Assembly: GCA_947646095.1 (NCBI GenBank) | Contig: CANSFI010000003.1 | Location: forward strand, 5,011-69,010 | Direction: 5' to 3' | Source of the DNA: an uncultured Mycoplasmatota bacterium | Lineage (GTDB): Bacteria; Bacillota_I; Bacilli_A; RF39; UBA660 | Length of the DNA: 64,000 nucleotides | Part shown: positions 12,808 to 23,374 of the stretch, in pieces | Layout of the letters: each line of letters opens with the position of its first letter | Numbering within the stretch: the stretch's first letter is position 1 | Program-made: the position numbers and the translations under genes | The notes under the pieces: model-generated | Told to the model about the DNA's origin: nothing | The model's database searches: none | Seen by the model: only the letters and a program-made list of their open reading frames with translations

Positions 12808-13157
12808 AATTTATATCAGAACTAGAAATAGTTCTTTTAATAATACTTTCTATAATAGAACTTACAATATCAGTAATAATGAACATGATAGAAATTTTAA
12901 AGATATAGTCACAGGATAATAAAAGTAGAAAAATATATTATGCATATAAACTATTAACTATTTAGGTAATGACAAATAATTCTTTTTATAGTTATTTAAT
13001 TTCAAAAAAACAGATAAAGTAGCATTCATCTTATTATAAAAATATATAAAGCAATTATTTTAAAATTACTAAATAATTAGTAGTTTTTTTTTGGATAAAT
13101 TTATGTTATAATTTATATTAGAATATGACAATATTCGACAGACAATTAGGAGGTTAT

Positions 13158-13598
13158 ATGGAAGTAAAATTTAGAAAAGCTACATTTGATGATGTAGAAA
13201 AAATAATTACATTGTGTAATGAATGTTTTAATGAACAAACAAGTTTAGAATATGCTAAAAAAGTTTATAAGGAAACAGAAAATGATAAAAATCAAATATA
13301 TTTAGTTGGTTTAGTAGATGACAAAATAATTGCACATACTAAAATAACAATTATTCCAACAATATATGAAAAAATGAATACATATTCAATACTAAATCAT
13401 GTTTGTGTTAAACCTGATTATAGACGTGGACACATTGCAACTAAAATGCTAGAAGAATGTGAAAAAATTTCTAAAGAACAAGGGTGTGTAGCTATAGAAC
13501 TATGGTCTAATAATTTTAGACAACCAGCCCATGCTTGTTATAAAAATTTTGGATTTGAAGTAAATGATGCTAAATTCTTTTCAAAAGAAATAAGATAG
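13158..13598 (+). CDS. GNAT family N-acetyltransferase
   Basis: ATG at 13158 has aggagg RBS; VCVKPDYRRGHIATKMLEECEK is the acetyl-CoA-binding motif A region. Confidence 0.8.
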   Translation: MEVKFRKATFDDVEKIITLCNECFNEQTSLEYAKKVYKETENDKNQIYLVGLVDDKIIAHTKITIIPTIYEKMNTYSILNHVCVKPDYRRGHIATKMLEECEKISKEQGCVAIELWSNNFRQPAHACYKNFGFEVNDAKFFSKEIR

Positions 13599-13606
13599 GA
13601 GAAACT

Positions 13607-14794
13607 ATGAAAATAAGTAATGTTTATATAGGTGGTTGGTTTCAAAGAACAATGTTACAACTATCTGAAATATATGATTTTTTAAGGGAGTGTAAAACTC
13701 AATTAGATCTTGACCAAGATAAATTAAATGAATATCGTAAAGCCTTAGAAATAGGCAAAATTGATTATGGCGTAGCTGGTGTAGAGTATATTGAATTTAC
13801 TACTTCTTCAAATATGGAAATAAAAATTTTTGAAGATGGTTTAATAGTTTTAAACAATCAAAGTGTAAGTGAAGATACTTTATTTTCAGATATAGATAAA
13901 GTACAAGATTACTATGAAAATAAATTATCACCAGCCTTCAGTTATCTATTTAGTTTAGGAGCACCTGTACCTAAAGAACTGGCTAATATAGAAACTGTTT
14001 ATCCATATTTTGTAATCTGTGACAATTCAGATAAAGAACAAATTGATTTATTATTATCTAGAACTGAAAAACAAAAATATTTTGGTGTTTCAAACAGTAA
14101 ATATGATGTAATTAGAGGAGACAAATATTATTTTATTAATAATAAATCACAATCTATAGCCAACATAGAAAGATATATTGAAGAACAAATATTTATTCGT
14201 GAATATAAAGGACAATTACATAGATATTTAAATTTACATCGTATTATTTGGGAAAAAATTGATAAAGTAAAAGAAAATGCCAATGTTAAAGGCTCTGATA
14301 TTATTAAATTCAACGCTAAATTAGAAGGTTATGCTAAAACAATTAACCTAATTGATGGTAGAATTAATCAAATGAGCACATATTTACCTACAAGAGAAAA
14401 AATAGCTAAAAATGATAAAGAACTAGCTGAATTTTTATCTATTTCTGGTTACCGATATGAAACATTAAAAGATACTTTAGATTATATTAAACATCTATGG
14501 ACTATGACTAAGAACTATGTATCATCTGCACAAAAACTATTTTCAGATTTACAAGGAGAAGTTACTAATAAATCACTTGACAGCTTAACAATTGTTACAT
14601 CCATGGGGGTAGGAGCATCTTTATTAGATTTATTTACTGAATCATCCCCAACTTTTAGTTCATTTGGATTTATATACTTCTTTATATTAGCTTTCCTTGG
14701 ATGGAGTGTCAACAAATTAATGACTACTATTTCAAGTAAAAGAAAATATGAAATCAACGATATTGAATATGACAAGGATATAGATTCCAAATAA
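13607..14794 (+). CDS. hypothetical protein with C-terminal membrane anchor
   Basis: 395-aa ORF with RBS; C-terminal hydrophobic segment FGFIYFFILAFLGWSV; no recognised catalytic motif. Confidence 0.4.
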   Translation: MKISNVYIGGWFQRTMLQLSEIYDFLRECKTQLDLDQDKLNEYRKALEIGKIDYGVAGVEYIEFTTSSNMEIKIFEDGLIVLNNQSVSEDTLFSDIDKVQDYYENKLSPAFSYLFSLGAPVPKELANIETVYPYFVICDNSDKEQIDLLLSRTEKQKYFGVSNSKYDVIRGDKYYFINNKSQSIANIERYIEEQIFIREYKGQLHRYLNLHRIIWEKIDKVKENANVKGSDIIKFNAKLEGYAKTINLIDGRINQMSTYLPTREKIAKNDKELAEFLSISGYRYETLKDTLDYIKHLWTMTKNYVSSAQKLFSDLQGEVTNKSLDSLTIVTSMGVGASLLDLFTESSPTFSSFGFIYFFILAFLGWSVNKLMTTISSKRKYEINDIEYDKDIDSK

Positions 14795-14797
14795 AAA

Positions 14798-16534
14798 ATG
14801 AAAAGATATTTTGATATATTTAAAACACTACTTAGAATTGCTAATAAAAGAATGTTTATTATAGTTCAAATGTTTATAAGTTCAGGATTAAATAATATAT
14901 CAAGTCTTTTACCACCAATAGCCACATCTGGAATTGTAGCAATGGTAACTGCTAATAACTTTAATGGTATTTGGATTTATGTACTATTATACTTAGTGTT
15001 TTATATAATTTATTTTGAAACTTTACATTGGAATTACTATACTTATACCTTACTTGCAGATTATTATCATTTAGAAGTACAAAAAATGCTTTTTGAAAAA
15101 GTTGCAAATAATGATGATATATTTAAAAAAGTATCTAAAGGTAAAATAGTTGATACTTGTAGTGATGATATTAGATATTTAGTTGATGTAGTTGATTGTG
15201 TAGTAAAAGCTACGATGAGTATTGTAAAACTTTTAATTATTTTCCTAATATTTATATATTATAACGTATTTGTAGGAATAATAGCTCTTGTACTCGATCT
15301 ATTATACCTTATACTTATGAACGATAATTCTAAAAAAGTATCTAAATATTATGAAGGAACAAGAAAATATGAAGATAAAATATTAGATATTTTAAATCAA
15401 ATGCTTACTAATTTAAGACAGGTAAAAACTCTTAATTTAATGCCTAACTTAAATGTTAATTTAGATAAAACAAGAAAAAATTGGAGTAATCAATATAAAC
15501 AAAAAAGATCAAACTTAACTATAAGATATTGTATTATACCATATTTAGTATACATTGGTAAAATAATGCTTTATATCTTATTAGCATACTTAGTAATTAA
15601 TAATAAAATGACACTTGATAAATTAATATTGTTAATTAGTTACTTTGAAATGACTATTACTTGTACTGATTCAATGCTTGAAAACTTACTTAATTTAAGT
15701 AATTATGGAGTTCGTGTTAATAGAATTAAAAATATATTAGACTATATGCCTAAAAAAGAAATGGATTTTGGAGATATAGATAACGATTATATAAATGGGA
15801 CAATACAATTTAAAAATGTATGTTATGAAATAAAGAATAAAAAAATATTAAATAAAGTTTCTTTTAAAATATATCCAAATGAAATAAACACTATTGTAGG
15901 CCATAGTGGAAGTGGTAAAACAACTATTGTAAATTTACTTTATAGATTAAATAGAGTTAAGTCAGGAGAAATTCTTATTGATAATGAAAATATCAATAAT
16001 TACTCTAAAAATGTATATTTTTCAAATGTTTCAGGTGTGTTTCAAAAACCATTTGTATTTGAAATGAGTATTAGAGACAATTTATCATTAGTTGATAAAA
16101 ACAAACAAAATCAAATAGAAGCCTGTAAAAGAGTAGGCATTCATGATTTTATATTATAACTTCCAAAAGGTTATAATACTATAATTGGTGAAGAAGGACA
16201 TCTACTATCCGAAGGTCAGAAACAACTATTAGTTATAGCTAGAGCACTACTTTCAAAAGCTGAAATATTACTTTTAGATGAAGTTACAAGTAATATTGAT
16301 CCCGCTACTACAACTGAAATTGGCAAACTATTACAAGATTTAAAAGCAGATCACACTATAATAATGGTAACACATAAACCTGAGATGATGGATTTAGCAG
16401 ATAGAATAATAGTAATGGATAAAGGAAAAGTACTTGCTAAAGGAACTAATCAAAATGTATATGATAAATGTGAATTATATAGAGAATTAAAAAATAGAAC
16501 ATTTGCTAGTATAAGTATAAATGAAAATAATTAA
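14798..16534 (+). pseudogene. ABC exporter (fused permease-ATPase) interrupted by one in-frame TAA at 16157-16159
   Basis: TM domain plus Walker A GHSGSGKTT before the stop; the same frame continues [22 protein letters not shown] (signature), ILLLDE (Walker B) and VTHK (H-loop) to TAA at 16532-16534. Confidence 0.75.
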
Positions 16535-16629
16535 CATATATTGCTTTGTGATATATGTTTTAATTTGATTTTATAAATATTTTGATGAAAAAATAGTTAA
16601 TAAAAAGCATATTATTACTAGGTGATATA

Positions 16630-17379
16630 ATGAATCAAGTAATGTATGCTTTTTTAATAACTACTTTAGCAGGTCTTTCAACAGTTATAGGAAGTTTATT
16701 AATATTTACTAAAAGAAAAACAACTAATATTATTTGTTGTTCTTTATCGTTTGCTGCTGGAGTGATGGTATGTGTATCTTTGACAGATTTGCTTCCAGAA
16801 GCTACTAATTTACTAATGGAAAAATTATATTATATACCAGTAATACTAATATGTTTAATATTTATAGTCGTAGGAATTATTCTTTCAATGGGAATAGATA
16901 AGTATTTACCAGATAATAAGAAAGATAATCAATTATATAGAGTAGGTATTATATCTATGTTAGCTATAATACTTCATAATATACCAGAAGGGATAGCAAC
17001 TTTTATGGCTAGTAATACTAATATGAAGCTTGGAATATCATTAGCTATAGCTATAGCGTTTCATAATATACCAGAGGGTATAAGTATATCAATTCCTATT
17101 TACTATTCTACTAATAGCCGTTTAAAAGCTTTTGGATATACTTTTTTATCGGGAATGTCAGAACTACTTGGAGCAATAATAACTTATCTATTTTTAAGTA
17201 AATTTATAAATCCAATTTTTATGGGAATTTTATTTAGTATGATAGCTGGTATAATGATACATATTTCAGTATATGAATTAATACCTACATCTTTAAATTA
17301 TAAAAGCAAAAAATTGACAGTTATATTTTTTATAATCGGAGTAATATTTATGTTTATAAATCATATTTTATTTAAATAA
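16630..17379 (+). CDS. zupT: ZIP family zinc transporter
   Basis: Two HNIPEG motifs, ~8 TM segments, typical ZupT length. Confidence 0.85.
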   Translation: MNQVMYAFLITTLAGLSTVIGSLLIFTKRKTTNIICCSLSFAAGVMVCVSLTDLLPEATNLLMEKLYYIPVILICLIFIVVGIILSMGIDKYLPDNKKDNQLYRVGIISMLAIILHNIPEGIATFMASNTNMKLGISLAIAIAFHNIPEGISISIPIYYSTNSRLKAFGYTFLSGMSELLGAIITYLFLSKFINPIFMGILFSMIAGIMIHISVYELIPTSLNYKSKKLTVIFFIIGVIFMFINHILFK

Positions 17380-17402
17380 AAAGAGATTAAAATCTCTTTT
17401 AT
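17379..17402. terminator. bidirectional intrinsic terminator
   Basis: AAAAGAGATT/AATCTCTTTT palindrome between convergent genes. Confidence 0.6.
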
Positions 17403-17412
17403 TTGGGTAAAA

Positions 17413-17631
17413 TTATTTGCAATCTCTTAATTCAAACGAATGATCTTCATCTGAATCTAATTCAAAAGAATCGCTATCTGAAACAAAGCCAACATTTTTA
17501 TGACTATCAGTTACATTACAAGATTGTTTATTACTAATCTTATTATTGTTTCTGTTAGTCATTTTATTTTGTTGTTTATTATTTACTTTGTTATTTGATT
17601 GCATTTTTTCATTTTTCTTCATTTTTATCAC
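17413..17631 (-). CDS. small N/K/Q-rich protein with an acidic C-terminus, hypothetical
   Basis: 72-aa ORF between a terminator and a plausible RBS; low-complexity composition. Confidence 0.3.
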   Translation of the reverse strand: MIKMKKNEKMQSNNKVNNKQQNKMTNRNNNKISNKQSCNVTDSHKNVGFVSDSDSFELDSDEDHSFELRDCK

Positions 17632-17735
17632 CCAATAATAGTATTAACTTAAAAACAAAATATATTCAATAAACTATTGTAAAAATTTGGAAATTTGATA
17701 TAATACCTAATCAAAGAAAAGAGTAGGCGAGTGAG

Positions 17736-18623
17736 ATGAAAAAAATTATAGAGTATTTACCATTATTAACCTTTTTTAGTACAATAATTGTTGCAATTAT
17801 CAATACTATCATTATATATTTTACAAAAATAAAACTTCAATACTTTGGTATATACACTAATTTAGATTTAAATTTAAATATATCTGTTATAATATGTGAA
17901 ATATTATTTGTATCTATTATTTTTATTTTAATAATGTTTTTTGCAAAAAGAATATGTGATTTAAAAATTTTAAAAATACATAATAATAAATCAATAAAAT
18001 TTAAAAATATATATAATTCTAATATATATACTATTTCAAAAAAACAAACAAATATTAAAGATAAAAAAATAATTAAAAATTATTATATTGAACTAGTAAA
18101 AAGAAATATTTTTTTAATAGCTTTCATTTTATTAATTTTATGTATGATATTTAAATTTACTTTTTTGTGGAATGATTTAATTTTTATTGTTATTTTTTCA
18201 ATAATTATATCTTTTATATCAGTATCATTTTATAAACAAATAGTTTCTGAATTAATTTCAGATTTCAATTTTTTATATAAAAACAAAGTTTATAAAAATA
18301 TAACAGTAGTAATGCTTTTAATTACCATTATAGTTGTTGTTATAATAATAATGTTTGGTTATGCCTATTTTGTTGAATTTAATATAAATAGATATAAGAC
18401 ATATAATTATATTTCTATTGAAGGTGAAATTAAAGCTATAATTTATGAAGAAAATAATAAATTATATGTTTTAGATACAAATTATACTTTGAAGGATTTT
18501 AAAAACACAAAGAATAAAATAGTATTATATAAAAACAAATATAAAATAATAAATAAAGACAATATTACTATATATTATAAACAATTCAAAAAAGTAGATA
18601 TAGTTAATATTAATAAAGATTAA
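17736..18623 (+). CDS. hypothetical polytopic membrane protein
   Basis: Several long hydrophobic segments; RBS gagtaggcgag upstream. Confidence 0.4.
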   Translation: MKKIIEYLPLLTFFSTIIVAIINTIIIYFTKIKLQYFGIYTNLDLNLNISVIICEILFVSIIFILIMFFAKRICDLKILKIHNNKSIKFKNIYNSNIYTISKKQTNIKDKKIIKNYYIELVKRNIFLIAFILLILCMIFKFTFLWNDLIFIVIFSIIISFISVSFYKQIVSELISDFNFLYKNKVYKNITVVMLLITIIVVVIIIMFGYAYFVEFNINRYKTYNYISIEGEIKAIIYEENNKLYVLDTNYTLKDFKNTKNKIVLYKNKYKIINKDNITIYYKQFKKVDIVNINKD

Positions 18624-18983
18624 TTAAATTTCTCCCACTTTGCTAAGTTGACATAATATATATTATACTAAGTTGTATATTTTTGAAATTTAACTATAAT
18701 TATATAACTAAAATGATTATAATAAATACATTATTAGTATTTATCTTTTTTATATAAATATAATTAAACATAATTTTGATAAAATTGATTTGATTAATAT
18801 TCCTTATTTAATAATTATAAATATTATACTTCCTTATTTAAAAATAAACAAATGATTAATAATTATCTATCTAAAACTAAAATTTAATGTTTAAATAGAT
18901 ATTATAAAATAAACCCTACTACTCCACTACTCTAAATATTAAAAAAGTATAGTAGGGGAAGTGATAACAAAAAAACCAGGATG

Positions 18984-19760
18984 TTAACTGGTTACATTTC
19001 TTGATTCAATTTCAGCCATTTTTCTTAAAATCTCAGAAGCGTTATCTTCTGTCATTGATACATATCCAAGTTCTTTTAAAGCTTGAGCCTTAATAGTATT
19101 TAATTCTAAAGTTCTACTTAATTGTTCTTCTTTTTTATGTTCAATTTGATTTACAAATCTACGATGAGATTCAGCAATCTTTGTTTTAGAAACTCCTCCA
19201 CTATTATATAATGACATAGCAGAGAAGAAGATACTTTCAAATATAAATTGTTCTTCCTCATTAAATTTAAATTCTAAAGGTTCTGTAAAACCAGCAGCTT
19301 TAGATATATATGCCAAAATATATTTTAATTCTCTAGATGTTTCTATTGTTTGTATAAAATGATACAAATATTTATAACTATTATAAATATTTTCATCTTT
19401 ATCATCTTCTAAATGTTCTTTAATAATATTCATAATATTTAAAAGTAATTCTTTTTGTTTTTTACCTAAAGAATTAAACAAATTATTATTTAAATCATTT
19501 TTACTTCCTGTTTGAACTATTGTATTAAGTCTTGATTCAACATCTAATATATAGTCAGTATCTACTTTTATATTATCAACTTCATTAGCAGATTTAATTC
19601 CTAATAAATTTAATAATAAAACTTTTTTATCCTTTGGCCATTTATTTATATCATCTAATTCTAGATAATTATATATCATTTGTCTTGAGACTCCTAAAAA
19701 CTTCGCTAATTTAACTTTGGATATTCCTAATTCATGCAATATTTCATTTAGTCTTTCCAT
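18984..19760 (-). CDS. XRE-family helix-turn-helix DNA-binding protein
   Basis: N-terminal LGISKVKLAKFLGVSRQMIYNYL HTH; long helical C-terminal region. Confidence 0.7.
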   Translation of the reverse strand: MERLNEILHELGISKVKLAKFLGVSRQMIYNYLELDDINKWPKDKKVLLLNLLGIKSANEVDNIKVDTDYILDVESRLNTIVQTGSKNDLNNNLFNSLGKKQKELLLNIMNIIKEHLEDDKDENIYNSYKYLYHFIQTIETSRELKYILAYISKAAGFTEPLEFKFNEEEQFIFESIFFSAMSLYNSGGVSKTKIAESHRRFVNQIEHKKEEQLSRTLELNTIKAQALKELGYVSMTEDNASEILRKMAEIESRNVTS

Positions 19761-19910
19761 TATTTAAACCTCCTACTATCATTTTATCACGTTTATGTCA
19801 ATTGTCAAGTGTAAAGTAATAGTATAAATATAAACTAATGTGAAAAATAAATAAAAAATATTGACAATATTATATCAAATAAAACTGATATAAAAAATAA
19901 AACACAATAT

Positions 19911-21017
19911 TTATAAATACCATGTTTTTTCTCCATTATTATATACTTCTTTAATTATTCCTCCACCTATACATTCTTCTTCATTATATAAAACACAGGC
20001 TTGTCCTGGTGTAACAGCTTTGACTTTTTTAGAATATTTAACTAATATATGTTCATCATCAATTATTTTAATTTCTACTTCATTATCTTTTTGTCTATAT
20101 CTAAATTTAGCAGTACATTTTTTAGGTTTATTATCACTGATCCAGTTCATTTGTTCTATTAGGGCACTATCAGTATATAAGTAATTGTTTTCATCACCAA
20201 TAGCTACATATAATATATTTTTATCCAAATTTTTACCTACAACAAAAAGTCTATCTGTATTACCACCTAAATTCAACCCCTTTCTTTGACCTATTGTATA
20301 ATACATTAATCCTATATGATTTCCAACTTTTTCATCAGTTTCAATATTAATTATATCTCCAGGGATATTAGGTAAATAATTTTCTAAAAATTTTTTAAAG
20401 TTTCTTTCACCTATAAAACAAATACCTGTTGAATCTTTTTTATCAGCTGTTATAAGTTTATATTTATTAGCTAGCCTTCTGACTTCACTTTTTTCTAAAT
20501 CACCTATTGGAAATAGTACATTTTCTAGTTGTTTTTTACTTAATTGTGATAGAAAATAGGTTTGATCTTTATTATCATCTATTCCTCTTAATAATTTGCC
20601 ATCTTTAATTCTTGCATAATGTCCAGTAGCAATATAATCAGCGCCTAATTTTTTAGCTTCTTTAATAAACATATCAAATTTTATATATTTATTGCACATA
20701 ATATCAGGATTTGGTGTTCTTCCACGTTTTAATTCATCTAAGAAATAAGTAAATACATAATCCCAATACTCTTTTACAAAATCGATTCTATGTAGAGGTA
20801 TTCCAATCTTTTCACATACTTTTAGTGCATCGTTATAGTCCTGTTCTTGTGGACAAATTTCATTATTTAGATTAGGATTACCTAGTATATCGTCATTGAT
20901 ACTACTATCCCAATTTCTCATAAATAAGCCAATAACATTATATCCCTGTTCCTTTAATATAATAGCAGCTACACTACTATCTACTCCCCCACTCATTCCA
21001 ATTACTACTGTTTTCAT
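19911..21017 (-). CDS. mnmA: tRNA 2-thiouridine(34) synthase
   Basis: [12 protein letters not shown]-loop, full-length MnmA layout. Confidence 0.95.
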   Translation of the reverse strand: MKTVVIGMSGGVDSSVAAIILKEQGYNVIGLFMRNWDSSINDDILGNPNLNNEICPQEQDYNDALKVCEKIGIPLHRIDFVKEYWDYVFTYFLDELKRGRTPNPDIMCNKYIKFDMFIKEAKKLGADYIATGHYARIKDGKLLRGIDDNKDQTYFLSQLSKKQLENVLFPIGDLEKSEVRRLANKYKLITADKKDSTGICFIGERNFKKFLENYLPNIPGDIINIETDEKVGNHIGLMYYTIGQRKGLNLGGNTDRLFVVGKNLDKNILYVAIGDENNYLYTDSALIEQMNWISDNKPKKCTAKFRYRQKDNEVEIKIIDDEHILVKYSKKVKAVTPGQACVLYNEEECIGGGIIKEVYNNGEKTWYL

Positions 21018-21046
21018 TCAAAATCACCATTATTATTATATCATTT

Positions 21047-21676
21047 TTATTTTAAAATAGGAATTATTAATTTTATAACATTAGGTAATGCGAATGTTTC
21101 ATATAAAGAACAAAATGCTATTAATAATGTTGATACTCCTAATATAACCAAGTATTTGTTAGAAACTATTTTAAAATCTATTTGTTTCTTTTTAATAATT
21201 GTTGTGATTAATTTTAATGATAAAACTAATGAGTATGATACTACTAATAGTAATGCAAATAATAAAATTAAGTAATGAGGAAATATATAAATAAGTGCAA
21301 GTAATATACCCTTAAATTTATAAGTTATAAGTATACTAGCTAAAGAAAATCCTAAAGTAAATATTTGTGAAAAAAATAAAAACAATATTATTGGTATGCC
21401 TATAACTGATATTCCTAATAACCATATACCTAAAACTAATGCAATATTTGCAATTAAAGAACTTTTTAAAACTGATAAATATTCTATTTTATTTTGAGAT
21501 ATATTTTTAATAAAATTATTTAAGTACCCTACTATGATACCTTTGTCACTTTTATCTAACATAACTACTAATAAGGAACCTGATATAAGAGCTGCTACAG
21601 ATAAAATAATAAGAAATATAATAATTTTTTTGTTTAATTTTATTTTAGATAATAGTTTGTCCATTGTTTCTTTCAT
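21047..21676 (-). CDS. spoIIM: stage II sporulation protein M-like membrane protein
   Basis: Length, TM pattern and GISVIGIPIILFLFF segment parallel B. subtilis SpoIIM (GISVIGLPVIFIMIF). Confidence 0.65.
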   Translation of the reverse strand: MKETMDKLLSKIKLNKKIIIFLIILSVAALISGSLLVVMLDKSDKGIIVGYLNNFIKNISQNKIEYLSVLKSSLIANIALVLGIWLLGISVIGIPIILFLFFSQIFTLGFSLASILITYKFKGILLALIYIFPHYLILLFALLLVVSYSLVLSLKLITTIIKKKQIDFKIVSNKYLVILGVSTLLIAFCSLYETFALPNVIKLIIPILK

Positions 21677-21757
21677 AATTTAATCACCTAATAAATTTTA
21701 TTAAAAAGTATTTAAATTATTCCTAAAATATATTATAATATTAAATGAGGTGAAACA

Positions 21758-21862
21758 ATGCCAAAAAAACAAAATAAAAAAATAAATATTCAAAAGATAT
21801 TTACTATAATAATGTTATTAGCTATGATAGCAATGTTTATATCAAGTATAATATTTATATAG
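21758..21862 (+). CDS. possible 34-aa membrane peptide
   Basis: gaggtga RBS, MPKKQNKKINIQKIFTIIMLLAMIAMFISSIIFI, stop TAG; below the ORF-track cutoff. Confidence 0.3.
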   Translation: MPKKQNKKINIQKIFTIIMLLAMIAMFISSIIFI

Positions 21863-21881
21863 TTACAATACTATTTTATAA

Positions 21882-21955
21882 GCCATCTTAGTTAAGTGGT
21901 ATAACAAAGCCATGGTAAGGCTTAATTATAAGTTCGATTCTTATAGATGGCACCA
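21882..21955 (+). tRNA. tRNA-Thr (anticodon GGT)
   Basis: Hand-folded cloverleaf: acceptor GCCATCT/AGATGGC, D arm GTTA-AGTGGTA-TAAC, anticodon arm AAGCC-ATGGTAA-GGCTT, T arm ATAAG-TTCGATT-CTTAT, encoded ACCA end. Confidence 0.85.
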
Positions 21956-22030
21956 TTGGGAAATCTGTTCTAACTATTTAGAACTTTATATACAAAAAGT
22001 ATCAATTTCAAAAGAAGTTGATATTTTTTT
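21950..22030 (+). repeat. copy A of the trailer module (the genuine tRNA-Thr 3' trailer and terminator)
   Basis: GCACCA-TTGGGAAATCTGTTCTAACTATTTAGAAC..-AAAAAGTATCAA/TTGATATTTTTTT; reference sequence for copies B, C1, C2 and E. Confidence 0.7.
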
Positions 22031-22055
22031 GTGATTAGAGAAAGGACAGATAAAA

Positions 22056-22400
22056 ATGGTAAGTATAGTTAGTAAAGAATTACACTTTGATGAAGAACTA
22101 AAAAAGAAAATAGAATTTATATGCGATCTTTGTAATACAAAACCTACTATAATAAATGGATATATTAAAAACATAAAAAGAACAAATCTCTCATATATCG
22201 AACCTCATAGAGTTATTATTAAAGGTATTACTTTTCTAGTATTTAATTATTCTAAAACTATTTATATTGGAAATTTAAGAAATAGTATTGAAATTAAAGA
22301 TTTAGAAAGTTTTATTAAATCATTAGATAAATGTATTAAAAGTAAATCAACTTCTCTTAAAATGCCTTTAAATAGGCAAAAAATGGTAATTATGTCTTGA
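22056..22400 (+). CDS. hypothetical protein (first ~15 aa shared with the 25001 ORF)
   Basis: RBS aaaggacag; MVSIVSKELHFDEELKK parallels MVTITKKELEIEELKE at 25001. Confidence 0.4.
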   Translation: MVSIVSKELHFDEELKKKIEFICDLCNTKPTIINGYIKNIKRTNLSYIEPHRVIIKGITFLVFNYSKTIYIGNLRNSIEIKDLESFIKSLDKCIKSKSTSLKMPLNRQKMVIMS

Positions 22401-22424
22401 CTTTAAGATTTAAATATCTATAAT
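22397..22424 (+). promoter_or_regulatory. sigma-A-like promoter TTGACT-N16-TATAAT
   Basis: Near-consensus hexamers; followed by a leader with hairpin CAAAGACA/TGTCTTTG (22519-22549) and the recombinase 5' fragment. Confidence 0.45.
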
Positions 22425-22593
22425 AGGTAACCAAGAAACAAGTTTTATGTTTTTGGTGGTTAATATGAAACGAACTTTGAATTATATTAATACAACTTAT
22501 TTAGATTTTAAGAGGTTTCAAAGACATAAAAATATTTAATGTGTCTTTGTCACCTATTTTTAGGTTTCAAAGATAAAAAGGAGGATTAAAAAT

Positions 22594-22644
22594 ATGAATG
22601 AAGAAAAGAAAATTGCAGGTTTGTATATTCGTGTGCCGTTGTAA
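22594..22644 (+). pseudogene. 5' fragment (16 codons) of a serine recombinase gene
   Basis: aaggagg RBS, MNEEKKIAGLYIRVPL*; resembles the ..aiYxRVS.. N-terminus but breaks at the catalytic-Ser position. Confidence 0.5.
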
Positions 22645-22649
22645 TACAT

Positions 22650-23163
22650 AGGCAGATACATTGTCTTCTTTTTCTTCAAGTTCTTGTTTTGTGATTGTAA
22701 AGCCATATTTACCAAAGCTTGTGCCAATATCTAATTTTCCATTAGGTAGATTTTCGTTGATTAGTTCTCCAATTTTTAGAATAAATTTAATCTTGTAAAA
22801 ATCTTCTTCTCCATTTTCTGACTTTTCTCCAATAATAATTTTATCAACCATAGTATTAAATACTTCTTCATTAAATTTTGTCAGGCCTTTATATTGTTTT
22901 AGAGTATTTGCTATTTTACCAATTTGTTCTAACTTTTGTTTTCTAGTGAGTTCTATATTTTCAGTATCTTTTAGTTGTTGTTCATACTCTTTAATCTTGT
23001 TGGAAATCTCTTGATTTTTCTGATTCAATATCTCTTTTGAAATATAGCCATCAAGTTGTAAGTCAATCAAATTAGATAATTTATTTTCAAGTTTAGATAT
23101 TTCATCTTGTATTTTTTTATGATTAAGATTATCTTGTTTTCCATTGATGACTTCATAAATGAC
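22650..23163 (-). pseudogene. C-terminal fragment of a large serine recombinase, no N-terminal catalytic domain
   Basis: Frame open from 23163 (VIYEVINGKQDNLNHKKIQDEISKLENKLSNLIDLQLDGYISKE...VDKIIIGEKSENGEEDFYKIKFILKIG); coiled-coil ..L.DLY.DG.Is.e and terminal ..i.I.f pattern; a TAA lies immediately upstream. Confidence 0.6.
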
Positions 23164-23304
23164 TTATACGATGAAGATATACTTGATGATAATGAGATTA
23201 ATATAATACAAAATAATAAAGATAATGAAAAAGATGATTTTGAGAGATAAAATGATAGTGGTATAGTTGCATAAAATTACTTTTTATGGTAGTATATACA
23301 CCAA

Positions 23305-23374
23305 TCCAAAAAGGGGGATATTTGAATATGGCAACTAAATCCAAAAAGGGGGATATTTGAATATGGCAACTAAA
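23305..23374 (+). repeat. perfect 35-bp tandem duplication covering the RBS and start codon of the next gene
   Basis: TCCAAAAAGGGGGATATTTGAATATGGCAACTAAA occurs at 23305-23339 and again at 23340-23374. Confidence 0.95.

Noticed and set aside
22447-22539. Small basic ORFs in the leader after the 22397 promoter (MFLVVNMKRTLNYINTTYLDFKRFQRHKNI, or the shorter version starting at MKRTL).
   Set aside because: The first ATG has no RBS and only a weak GGTGG precedes the second. The sequence is better explained as the hairpin-forming leader of the broken recombinase gene. It is not supportable as a gene.
22594-23163. An active invertible switch (the recombinase gene segment flipping on and off).
   Set aside because: I found no inverted repeats at the two junctions (~22645 and ~23163), and re-inversion would not restore a full-length gene because the catalytic domain is missing.
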